In this document: positions 56,359 to 64,000 of the stretch, piece by piece
How positions within the stretch are numbered: position 1 is the first letter of the stretch
Layout: every line of letters begins with the position of its first letter
Source of the DNA: Candidatus Saccharimonadales bacterium
GTDB taxonomy: Bacteria > Patescibacteriota > Saccharimonadia > Saccharimonadales > JAYRRP01
Length of the DNA stretch: 64,000 bases
Direction of reading: 5' to 3'
NCBI GenBank assembly: GCA_041906765.1
Contig: JAYRIP010000003.1
Location: forward strand, 94,760 to 158,759
Notes under the pieces: generated by a model
Database searches by the model: none
Told to the model about the DNA's origin: nothing
What the model saw: only the letters and a program-made list of their open reading frames with translations
Made by a program: the position numbers and the translations under genes

Positions 56359-56586
56359 GTCTTTTCGTTTTTCCCCTATTTTGTTTACTTAAATTATAGA
56401 GATACCAGGTGTAAAACACAACCGTTATGTTAGTTAAAGGCCAAGCAAAAAACGGTTGCACTAATTAAACTATCAATTGAGTTTAGGACTATGGTTAAGG
56501 GCTATTTCGACAATAAACAAATTACAAGGTAGTCTAGCAACCTAAACCTTAAGCAACAGTGTTGCGAGTAAAATGAGGCGTATAGT

Positions 56587-57369
56587 ATGAGCATGGATCA
56601 GTACAAAAATTTGATAAATCTAAACAACAAAACAGTCCTCATCACAGGCGCAGGTTCGGGTATAGGCCAAGCCGCTGCAGTGCTTTTTTCCAAACTAGGC
56701 GCCCGGCTTGCATTAATCGATATCAACCTCAGCGAGCTGGAAAAAACTAAGCAGCTATGCGCAGGCGAAGTTGATCTATACCAAGTTGATCTATCAAAAA
56801 AGAAAGATATTGAACAACTCTGGAGCCAACTAGCAACTACCCCCAATATCATCATCAACAACGCCGGCATTTATCCCTTTGTCAATTTTGACGATCTTGA
56901 TGAGAAAACACTGACACAAGTCATGGATATTAATCTGAATGCGATTTTTTGGATGTGTCAAGAGTTCGTTAGACACAAAAAGAAAGACGGTGTCCTTATC
57001 AATGTTTCTTCAATCGAGGCTATCTTGCCGGTCAAAAAAGACATGGCACACTACGGTGCAAGCAAGGCCGGAGTTATTGCTCTGACGCGTAGCCTTGCAC
57101 ATGACTACGGAAGGAAAGGGTTTAGGGCTAATGTAATAATGCCAGGCGCCATCATCACGCAAACGACAAAGAAGTTAATGATTAGCTCGCTTAAAAAAGT
57201 TGATCTCAAATTATTCAAAACCGGTTATGATTTCAAATCCCGGCTGCCGCTGGGCAGATGGGGGAAGCCGGAAGAAGTGGCTAAAGTGATGGTGTTTTTG
57301 GCAAGCGATATGTCGAGCTACGTCAATGGAGCTGTTTTAACAGTCGACGGCGGCTTCTTATCTTCCTAG
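56587..57369 (+). CDS. SDR-family oxidoreductase (FabG-like)
   Basis: 260 aa. Motifs TGAGSGIGQA, NNAG and the catalytic YGASKAG. Confidence 0.88.
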   Translation: MSMDQYKNLINLNNKTVLITGAGSGIGQAAAVLFSKLGARLALIDINLSELEKTKQLCAGEVDLYQVDLSKKKDIEQLWSQLATTPNIIINNAGIYPFVNFDDLDEKTLTQVMDINLNAIFWMCQEFVRHKKKDGVLINVSSIEAILPVKKDMAHYGASKAGVIALTRSLAHDYGRKGFRANVIMPGAIITQTTKKLMISSLKKVDLKLFKTGYDFKSRLPLGRWGKPEEVAKVMVFLASDMSSYVNGAVLTVDGGFLSS

Positions 57370-57449
57370 CTTGAAATCAAAGTACCAGCCAAGCTGCGCT
57401 ACAATTGCTTGCTTTAGCGATAATTTTAAGGCCCAGTTGTAATAGTGAA

Positions 57450-58160
57450 TTAATGTAAATTAAAAGAGGATGCTTTACCGTCTGCCAGAATCCCTTCGTG
57501 GTACTCGTGCAAGGCATCAATAGCACCATTATCAATCCGCCCGTTATCAAGCAAGAAGCGTGCAGCTTTTGATAGCGTGGTAATTGAATTAACCTCAAAA
57601 CCGTAGTCATTTTCTAACGTCTGTATGCCACCCTCTTCACGATCAAATTGCAGGGTAATAGCTACAGGGTTTAGTCCTACGGCAGTTAACACTTGCGAGC
57701 CTTCTACTTTTGACTTGCCATCTGTTGCAACATCGTCAGCCATAAGAACGGTATCATTGGCTTCGTAATCGCCCTCAATTTTTTGATGATGTCCGTATGT
57801 TTTATGTGGCTCATCCACACGTTCCCAAATATACGACATACCTGCTTCATAGGCTGCTACCGCCGCGGGAGCAGTGGCTGCCTGCGCTTTACCAAAAACA
57901 TGATCAATCGGATATTTAATTTCAAAGAATTTAGCTGCATAACCAGCTGCTAGGGCTCGCCTAAAATCACTTTGTTGTTCAAAACTCATTTGGCCGCTTT
58001 GGTCTAATTCTCTACTAAACGAAAGACTGCCACGCATATTGTAGTAGTAAGGCGATTGGCGACCCGACTTAAGCGTAATACCATCCTCAGGAAAACCAAG
58101 CAGGCCCCTATCAAACATTCCTACGGCTATCTGTTCTTCTTGGTGTTCGGAAAGTGCCAT
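57450..58160 (-). CDS. pyrE: Orotate phosphoribosyltransferase
   Basis: 236 aa. ITLKSGRQSPYYYNMR and the PRPP-binding loop VLMADDVATDGKSK. Confidence 0.8.
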   Translation of the reverse strand: MALSEHQEEQIAVGMFDRGLLGFPEDGITLKSGRQSPYYYNMRGSLSFSRELDQSGQMSFEQQSDFRRALAAGYAAKFFEIKYPIDHVFGKAQAATAPAAVAAYEAGMSYIWERVDEPHKTYGHHQKIEGDYEANDTVLMADDVATDGKSKVEGSQVLTAVGLNPVAITLQFDREEGGIQTLENDYGFEVNSITTLSKAARFLLDNGRIDNGAIDALHEYHEGILADGKASSFNLH

Positions 58161-58870
58161 TACATCGCTCCTTCAATTTCAGCTACAAGGGCTTCATATG
58201 CTTGAGCAGGATCTTCTGCTTGGGTAATTTGTCGGCCAATAACGAGCAGGTCAGCACCATCTTGAATTGCAGTGGTCGGTGTACCCACGCGTGCCTGATC
58301 AGCGTGTGAGATAGCAGAAGAACGAGTGCCCGGTATCATGGCGAACAGATCTTTTGTGGCAGGATCCTTCTTGATTGCATGGATTTCACGTGGTGAAGAC
58401 ACCACTCCCTGTAAGCCAGCGTAAGCTGCATCACGAGCTAGTTCCATAACCTTTTGCTCCACAGGTACACGGTATATGTGATTAACTTCATTTTCATTAA
58501 TAGAGGTTAATATGGTGACGCCAAGCATTTTAATGGTTCCAGCTTCTTGCTGAGCGCTACGCATGGCTTCAATACCGGCAGTGGTATGCATCGTAATTCC
58601 GAAAGGCGGATGGTCAAGACTTTTTAGGTTCTTAACTGTCTGCCTTACGGTATTTGGTATATCATTCAATTTTGCGTCTGCTACCCACTCCTGCCCATGT
58701 GCTGCAGCTAGTTCCGAACAATACTGCCAGCTAGTGGCACTTGATAATTCCAAACCCAGTTTTATAAAGCGTGCTCCTGCCTTTTGGGCAGTGGCAGCGA
58801 AATGTTCTGCGTCTTTCTCTTGAGACGTGTCAATTGCCAAAGCAATACGCTCTCGAGCTGGTAATTTCAT
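58160..58870 (-). CDS. pyrF: Orotidine 5'-phosphate decarboxylase
   Basis: IALAIDT, FIKLG and DAKLNDIPNTV motifs. Start taken at the ATG complement of 58868-58870 (MKLPARER...); the track start is 58897. Confidence 0.85.
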   Translation of the reverse strand: MKLPARERIALAIDTSQEKDAEHFAATAQKAGARFIKLGLELSSATSWQYCSELAAAHGQEWVADAKLNDIPNTVRQTVKNLKSLDHPPFGITMHTTAGIEAMRSAQQEAGTIKMLGVTILTSINENEVNHIYRVPVEQKVMELARDAAYAGLQGVVSSPREIHAIKKDPATKDLFAMIPGTRSSAISHADQARVGTPTTAIQDGADLLVIGRQITQAEDPAQAYEALVAEIEGAM

Positions 58871-58909
58871 CACTCTACCTACTTTCACCCACCACATATT
58901 TATGTAAAC

Positions 58910-58986
58910 TGGCAGGGGTGGAGGGATTCGAACCCGCGACCTTTGGTTTTGGAGACCAACGCTCTAGCCAACTGAGCTACACCCCT
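58910..58986 (-). tRNA. tRNA-Trp(CCA), encoded CCA
   Basis: The reverse complement folds with acceptor AGGGGTG/CACCCCT, anticodon stem TTGGT/ACCAA and loop CTCCAAA. The T arm GCGGG-TTCGAAT-CCCTC has one C-U mismatch. Confidence 0.85.
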
Positions 58987-59121
58987 TTAATGAAGATGCC
59001 GGCAGGAACTATTTATGATCATGGGCATCTAAGAGGTGATGATAACAAAAAAGACGATAACTTGTCACCTCTTGCCACCTTTTCAAGAGTCTCCTTTTTA
59101 TGTTATACAATAGGGAGCATT

Positions 59122-59793
59122 ATGAGCAAAATTGTCCCGAATAAACCCTTGTTAGTCATGTTGTACGGTTATCCTGGAGCCGGCAAAACACATTTTGCCA
59201 GACAATTGTGCAGCAGTTTTCAGGCAGCCCATTTACATGGCGACCGTATTCGACATGAATTGTTCGAGAAACCCCGTTATGACAAACAGGAAAATGATAT
59301 TGTTACGCATTTGATGGAATATATGGCCGAAGAATTTCTGCAGGCAGGTGTCAGCGTAGTGTTTGACGCCAATGCAATGCGTCTCTCGCAGCGTCGAGTT
59401 TTACGTGATATTGCCCGTAAGACTGGAGCCCAGGCACTTTTGGTATGGCTACAAATCGACATAGAAAGCGCCCTGTTACGAGTAGGTAGGCGTGACCGGC
59501 GCAAAGCCGATGACAAATACGCTATGCCACTTACGAAAGAATCCTTTCTTACTCTCGTAAAAGCTATGCAGAATCCTAATAATGAAGATTATATGGTAAT
59601 AAGTGGCAAGCATACTTTTAACACACAACGCAGCGCTGTTATCAAAAAATTATATGAACTGGGGGCAGTTGAAGCCAACAGTGCTTCTGCCGGTGTTATT
59701 AAGCCGGGCATGGTCAATCTCGTCCCGCAGCCCTCTTCGGGGACACTAGTCGGTCGTGTTGACCAATCGCGCCGGAATATCGTAATACGTTAG
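59122..59793 (+). CDS. P-loop kinase-like ATPase (AAA_33/zeta-toxin-like fold)
   Basis: 223 aa from ATG 59122 (MSKIVPNKPLLVMLYGYPGAGKTHFARQL). The upstream part of track ORF 58771 crosses tRNA-Trp and is rejected. Confidence 0.75.
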   Translation: MSKIVPNKPLLVMLYGYPGAGKTHFARQLCSSFQAAHLHGDRIRHELFEKPRYDKQENDIVTHLMEYMAEEFLQAGVSVVFDANAMRLSQRRVLRDIARKTGAQALLVWLQIDIESALLRVGRRDRRKADDKYAMPLTKESFLTLVKAMQNPNNEDYMVISGKHTFNTQRSAVIKKLYELGAVEANSASAGVIKPGMVNLVPQPSSGTLVGRVDQSRRNIVIR

Positions 59794-59801
59794 CTAACTC
59801 C

Positions 59802-60527
59802 ATGCCGGTAAAATATGCGTCTATACCTGGAGTCGGCCAAGTCAAACTGGTAAAGCGCCGGGGTGCCCGTTCAATACGTCTTTCCATAGACAGTCGTAAC
59901 TGCTTGCGTATCAGCTTGCCCCCTTGGGTAAGTTACCAAACCGCACTTGGCTTCGCTGCTAGCCGCAAAAACTGGATTGAATCCCACTGGGAAAAGACAG
60001 AGCCACTCAAGGACAAGGAACACATCGGCAAAGCACACATATTGTGCTTTATACCAAAAGAGCAAATTTCCCGCCCCTCTAGCCGCCTTCTCGGCAATGA
60101 AGTCCGCATATTGTATCCGAATCATCTTTCAAGCTCTGATACGTCCGTACAATCTGCAGCCCAACGGGGCGCAATTAGGGCACTCACCAACCAAGCCGAG
60201 ACACTCCTACCGCGCCGGCTGTTGGAGCTGAGTAAAAAACATGGCTTCCAATTCCACTCCGTGCAAATAAAAAAAATTCATTCCCGTTGGGGAAGTTGCA
60301 GCACCAACCAGGAAATCACACTCAATATATTTCTTATGCAACTACCCTGGGAACTAATTGATTACGTTATTATGCACGAACTTGTTCATACCGAAATATT
60401 GCATCACCAAGCAGCGTTTTGGCGACGGTTAGAGCAATGTTTGCCCAAGACCAAACAGTACAAAAAAGCCTTACGCAACTATAAACCATCGTTGTCTTCG
60501 TACGCTTATGGCATAATGGACGTATGA
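59802..60527 (+). CDS. YgjP/DUF45-type zinc metallohydrolase
   Basis: 241 aa. SRWGSCS and HELVHTEILHH (HExxH) with downstream FW are typical of DUF45. Confidence 0.8.
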   Translation: MPVKYASIPGVGQVKLVKRRGARSIRLSIDSRNCLRISLPPWVSYQTALGFAASRKNWIESHWEKTEPLKDKEHIGKAHILCFIPKEQISRPSSRLLGNEVRILYPNHLSSSDTSVQSAAQRGAIRALTNQAETLLPRRLLELSKKHGFQFHSVQIKKIHSRWGSCSTNQEITLNIFLMQLPWELIDYVIMHELVHTEILHHQAAFWRRLEQCLPKTKQYKKALRNYKPSLSSYAYGIMDV

Positions 60528-61630
60528 AAATCAGGAGTGTAAAATCCGTTGCCGCTGTGTCTGATATTGAGCATCAACGGCTTGTGAGTTTGATCAACAG
60601 TATGGGTGACGCAGTAATTGCCGTTGATCGACACCTTAAAATTGTTACTTACAATGGTGCCGCCTTAAATATTTTAGATCGCAACATTTTAGTCTCCGGC
60701 ACACTGCTTAGTAGTGTGTTGCGGTTGATTAATAAACGTAACCAGCATGTCAACTTGGAGCGACTTGTTGAAAACGCACACAAATCACTATCAAGCCGAG
60801 ACTATCGGATTGTTTATAAAGATGAAAATGCCGCTAATGTGTACCTCAGCATCGCGCCAGTGCGACTTGGTTACGGCAAGGGTGCCGATCAGGGTTTTGT
60901 TCTTTTACTTCGTGACATCACACATGAAAAGTCGCTCGAAGAAGAACGCGAGGAATTTATTAGTGTGGTAAGCCATGAACTGCGCACCCCGTTGGCTATA
61001 GCAGAAGGAAACATCAGCAACGCCCAATTAATTGTTAAGAAGCATCATGGCAATAGAATGGTAAACGAGGCTTTGCGACAAGCTTATGACCAAATACGTT
61101 TTTTGTCAGACATGATCAATGACCTTTCCACGCTCTCGCGAGCTGAGCGCGGTAAACTCACGCTAAATATAGAACCAATCAACATTACTGAGCTCGTACA
61201 TGATCTGATCCAAAATTATCAGCCGGAAGCTAACGGTAAAAGCTTACAACTACATAGTGAAGTTGATCCAGGTCTGGAACTGTTAAACTCCGATCGTCTG
61301 TATGTCCGCGAAGTTTTGCAAAATTTCATCACTAACGCTATTAAATACACCGAGAAAGGTTCGGTTACCATTTCCGCAAAACCACACCCTGAGGGAGGCG
61401 CCATTTTTACAGTGCGGGACACCGGTATTGGCATAAGCAAAGCAGACCGTGAGCGCGTTTTTGAAAAATTCTTCCGTTCAGAGGATTTTCGCACCCGCCA
61501 AAACAAGGGTACCGGCTTGGGTCTTTATGTCACCATGAAACTTGCCAAGTTGCTGCACGCCCGCATTAACCTGGACAGTGAACTGAACAAAGGTTCTGAA
61601 TTTCGAATAACAATACCAAGCCTCGCTTGA
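60524..61630 (+). CDS. Sensor histidine kinase (PAS, HisKA, HATPase_c); cytoplasmic
   Basis: 368 aa. H-box VSHELRTPL, N-box NFITNAIKYT, and the G-boxes RDTGIGI and GTGLGLYV. No response regulator is adjacent. Confidence 0.9.
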   Translation: MKIRSVKSVAAVSDIEHQRLVSLINSMGDAVIAVDRHLKIVTYNGAALNILDRNILVSGTLLSSVLRLINKRNQHVNLERLVENAHKSLSSRDYRIVYKDENAANVYLSIAPVRLGYGKGADQGFVLLLRDITHEKSLEEEREEFISVVSHELRTPLAIAEGNISNAQLIVKKHHGNRMVNEALRQAYDQIRFLSDMINDLSTLSRAERGKLTLNIEPINITELVHDLIQNYQPEANGKSLQLHSEVDPGLELLNSDRLYVREVLQNFITNAIKYTEKGSVTISAKPHPEGGAIFTVRDTGIGISKADRERVFEKFFRSEDFRTRQNKGTGLGLYVTMKLAKLLHARINLDSELNKGSEFRITIPSLA

Positions 61631-61665
61631 CTGGAGAGACAACATAGGGTACGCTTGACAAAGAC

Positions 61666-61694
61666 AGGCCTATACAACATAGGTCTTTTTGTTT
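61666..61694 (+). terminator. Rho-independent terminator after the histidine kinase
   Basis: Stem AGGCCTAT / ATAGGTCT (one G-U pair), loop ACAAC, then TTTTGTTT. Confidence 0.55.
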
Positions 61695-61703
61695 GGAGAG
61701 GAA

Positions 61704-62114
61704 ATGGCAAGAGATAAAGCAAAGAAGGCACGAACAGAGACAATTCGTCAACGGGCTGGCAAATCGCTACCTCACGACAAGCCAAGACGGCTTCGCAAAA
61801 CTGCCCACGCTGCCAGCACCCCGTTCCGTTTTATTGGTGTCTGGCTCGGTCGGCTACTAAAGCCTTTCCGATTTCTACTCTGGCCATTCAAGACAAAACC
61901 TGCCCGTTTCATCGGACGTATCCTGGCGTCTATATTTTTCTTACGGTACTTTCGGGATTCATGGCGCGAATTACGACAGGTAACTTGGCCCAATAGAAAG
62001 GAAACATGGCAATTAACTTTTGCTGTTTTTATGTTTGCGATAATTTTCGGCCTAATGGTATCCATTACCGATTATGGATTAGACAAAGTATTTAAAAGGG
62101 TATTACTAAGATAA
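61704..62114 (+). CDS. secE: Preprotein translocase subunit SecE (basic N-terminal extension)
   Basis: C-terminal WRELRQVTWPNRKETWQLTFAVFMFAIIFGLMV. ATG 61704 follows GGAGAGG. The track start TTG 61689 lies inside the terminator hairpin tail. Confidence 0.88.
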   Translation: MARDKAKKARTETIRQRAGKSLPHDKPRRLRKTAHAASTPFRFIGVWLGRLLKPFRFLLWPFKTKPARFIGRILASIFFLRYFRDSWRELRQVTWPNRKETWQLTFAVFMFAIIFGLMVSITDYGLDKVFKRVLLR

Positions 62115-62656
62115 TGAGTAAACGGTACGACACAACCAAACAATGGTACGCCATTCACACCTACAGCGGTTACGAAGAAAAAGTAGCTGAGAGTATCCGC
62201 CAGCGTGCAGAAAGCCTGGATATGAAGGATAAAATCTTTCAGGTGCTTGTTCCAAAAGAAAAGATGATTGAGATAAAAAATGGTAAACGCAAAGTAGTTG
62301 AAAAACGTATCTTCCAAGGCTATGTAATGGTGCAGATGAAACTGAGTGAAGACGCCTGGTACATTGTGCGTAACACTCCTAGTGTTACTGGCTTTGTTGG
62401 TAGTGGAACCGAACCCACCCCAATCAGTCAGGATGAAATGGACAAAATCAACAAACGGATGGGCTTGGAGCAACCTAAACACAAAATTGATTATCGCGAA
62501 GGCGAGGTCGTGAACATCATCGACGGACCGTTTAAAGGTTTCGATGGCACCATCAACGAGATAGATGCAGCTAAGGGTAAGCTCAAGGTACTGGTAAATA
62601 TGTTCGGCCGTGAAACACCTGTAGAACTTGATAGTTTACAGGTTAAACGAGTCTAG
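62114..62656 (+). CDS. nusG: Transcription termination/antitermination factor NusG
   Basis: 180 aa. WYAIHTYSGYEEKV, and KOW region GEVVNIIDGPFKGFDGTI. Confidence 0.96.
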   Translation: MSKRYDTTKQWYAIHTYSGYEEKVAESIRQRAESLDMKDKIFQVLVPKEKMIEIKNGKRKVVEKRIFQGYVMVQMKLSEDAWYIVRNTPSVTGFVGSGTEPTPISQDEMDKINKRMGLEQPKHKIDYREGEVVNIIDGPFKGFDGTINEIDAAKGKLKVLVNMFGRETPVELDSLQVKRV

Positions 62657-62723
62657 ACGATCTAGGCTGTTTATAGTAAAATATGTTTTAGTTTTAATGC
62701 GGGCAAGGAAACGGAGTCATTGA

Positions 62724-63161
62724 ATGGCAACCAAAAAGCAAGTAAAGGCAAATCTGAAAATGAAAATCCGGGGCGGGCAAGCTAGTGCCGCACCACCGGT
62801 TGGGAGTACGCTTGGTCAGTACGGGGTAAATATGATGGATTTTATCAACCCCTTTAATGAAAGAACGAAACCGATGCAGGGGAAAATGGTCACTGCACAT
62901 ATCACGATCTATGATGACCGGAGCATGGATTTCCGAGTGGTAGGCGAACCGACTGATGACCTAATCCGTGCCAAGCTTGGTATCGACAAAGGTTCAGGTA
63001 AGCCAAACAGCGAGAAAGTAAGCAAGAAACTTTCTGATCAAGCCTTACAAGAAATTGCCGAAGCAAAAGCTCAAGACATGAATACCGACGATGTTGCAGC
63101 TATTAAGAAAATGGTAGCAGGAACTGCCAGAAGTATGGGTGTGGAGATTGAGAGTAGTTAA
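62724..63161 (+). CDS. rplK: 50S ribosomal protein L11
   Basis: KMKIRGGQASAAPPVGSTLGQYGVNMMDF. Confidence 0.96.
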   Translation: MATKKQVKANLKMKIRGGQASAAPPVGSTLGQYGVNMMDFINPFNERTKPMQGKMVTAHITIYDDRSMDFRVVGEPTDDLIRAKLGIDKGSGKPNSEKVSKKLSDQALQEIAEAKAQDMNTDDVAAIKKMVAGTARSMGVEIESS

Positions 63162-63165
63162 TACC

Positions 63166-63450
63166 ATGGAAAGGCTGCATAGTATAAATCCAATAGAGCA
63201 CTGCAACACACGGAGTGACATGCCGGTAGAAGCAAAAGTAAAAGAAAAAGAGGTTTTAGACGAACTGGAAAGCATCGCTGCAAGAATCAAAGGTGTATGC
63301 GATGAACTCGGTAGTGATACTATTGAACATACGCCTGCAATGGATGAAGCGATAAGTGGATTTTCTTCAGACGCATGCCAACTGTACTTCCTCTACTTCG
63401 AAGGACATGAAGCAGGAAACCCCATAATTATCGACGAGACTGATTTATAA
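63166..63450 (+). CDS. Hypothetical acidic protein inserted between rplK and rplA
   Basis: 94 aa from ATG 63166, which is 4 nt after the rplK stop. The track alternative GTG 63139 overlaps rplK. No domain recognised. Confidence 0.45.
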   Translation: MERLHSINPIEHCNTRSDMPVEAKVKEKEVLDELESIAARIKGVCDELGSDTIEHTPAMDEAISGFSSDACQLYFLYFEGHEAGNPIIIDETDL

Positions 63451-63504
63451 ACTAACTTTGTGGGAGGCTGAAATTCAGTCGTTTGCACCACGAAAGGAGC
63501 ACAT

Positions 63505-64000
63505 ATGGCAAAAGAAACTGCCGAGAGCAAGAGTAAGACTAAAGAAAAAGAAGAGACATCTACAGTAAAAGAAGTCGTGACCGAAAAAAAGACTGCTAAA
63601 AAGCAAGAAGAAACCCAGGCGAAGCCAACGGCAAAAGCGGGCAAACGCAGTGCTAAATCCTTAAAGGAAGTAGAAGAAAAACAGGCTAAAGAAGCTCGCA
63701 AGGTAGCCACAAAAGAAACCGAAGTTCAAAAGACAAAGCCCAAGCAAACCCACAAACCACCTAAGTCACGTCTTGAGCGGCGCGGTAAGAAGTATCGTGA
63801 AGCAGCCAAACTCATAGACACCAACAAAGAATACGGGCTAGGCGAAGCCTTAAAGATCATCGGCAAAACAAACCCGGTGAAATTCGACGCCAGCGTAGAG
63901 TTGCACATTAGATTAAACGTAGACCCGAGACAAGCTGACCAAAATGTACGCGACAGCGTTATCTTGCCAGCCGGCTCCGGTAAGACAGTAAAAGTGGCGG
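63505..64000 (+). CDS. rplA: 50S ribosomal protein L1 with an N-terminal Lys/Glu-rich extension of about 85 aa; the 3' end lies beyond the window
   Basis: Hand translation from ATG 63505 (AAGGAG 5 nt upstream) gives [17 protein letters not shown]...[74 protein letters not shown]. The frame stays open to the window end. Confidence 0.9.
   Translation, partial: MAKETAESKSKTKEKEETSTVKEVVTEKKTAKKQEETQAKPTAKAGKRSAKSLKEVEEKQAKEARKVATKETEVQKTKPKQTHKPPKSRLERRGKKYREAAKLIDTNKEYGLGEALKIIGKTNPVKFDASVELHIRLNVDPRQADQNVRDSVILPAGSGKTVKVA

Noticed and set aside
58771-59121. N-terminal 117 codons of track ORF 58771-59793.
   Set aside because: This part runs antisense across pyrF and straight through tRNA-Trp. 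The P-loop protein starts cleanly at ATG 59122.
61689-61703. TTG 61689 as the secE start.
   Set aside because: It lies in the U-tail of the upstream terminator. ATG 61704 follows a GGAGAGG ribosome-binding site.
1-64000. CRISPR arrays, integrase/transposase genes, rRNA genes, and an alternative genetic code (UGA recoding).
   Set aside because: I saw no regularly spaced repeats and no recombinase motifs in any track ORF. The conserved genes are full-length under the standard code, with TGA, TAA and TAG all used as real stops (for example TGA at 5932-5934).

Overview
The window is a tightly packed, almost entirely plus-strand core region of a small bacterial genome. It carries tyrS, recG, rsmD, hisS, tig, clpP, rpoB-rpoC, the str operon (rpsL-rpsG-fusA-tuf), and a near-complete S10-spc-alpha ribosomal block (rpsJ to rpsI). 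It also carries trpS, holB, rpmG and secE-nusG-rplK-rplA. The two window edges hold a truncated PBP1A-type gene (minus strand, start at 843) and a truncated rplA, neither of which is in the ORF track. I folded five tRNA genes by hand, all with encoded CCA, and found rpmJ (38 aa), which the ORF track misses. rpmD (L30) is absent between rpsE and rplO, and adk/map are absent after secY. Together with the compact layout, this suggests a Patescibacteria/CPR organism, possibly Saccharibacteria-like; this is inference only. Six regions deserve a second look. (1) An aberrant, structurally conserved tRNA-Tyr-like element with a 74-nt hairpin-rich insertion lies between tRNA-Thr and an intact tRNA-Tyr. 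(2) A 7.5-kb tRNA-bounded accessory island (43.7-51.1 kb) is dominated by nucleotide and ADP-ribose house-cleaning folds: Nudix-like, frameshifted ITPase, deoxyribosyltransferase-like, NADAR, HIT and MazG. It also has direct repeats and a LAGLIDADG-like ORF that runs into a tRNA. (3) Small acidic or Cys-rich ORFs are wedged into otherwise invariant operon junctions (rpsG/fusA, fusA/tuf, rplK/rplA). (4) rpsJ is split from rplC by a membrane ORF and an antisense HAD gene. (5) A near-perfect CIRCE operator overlaps the clpP promoter. (6) A minus-strand alpha-glucan cluster (GH15-GH57-glycosyltransferase) and pyrE-pyrF lie inside a broken rpmG-secE neighbourhood. I saw no CRISPR array, integrase or transposase.
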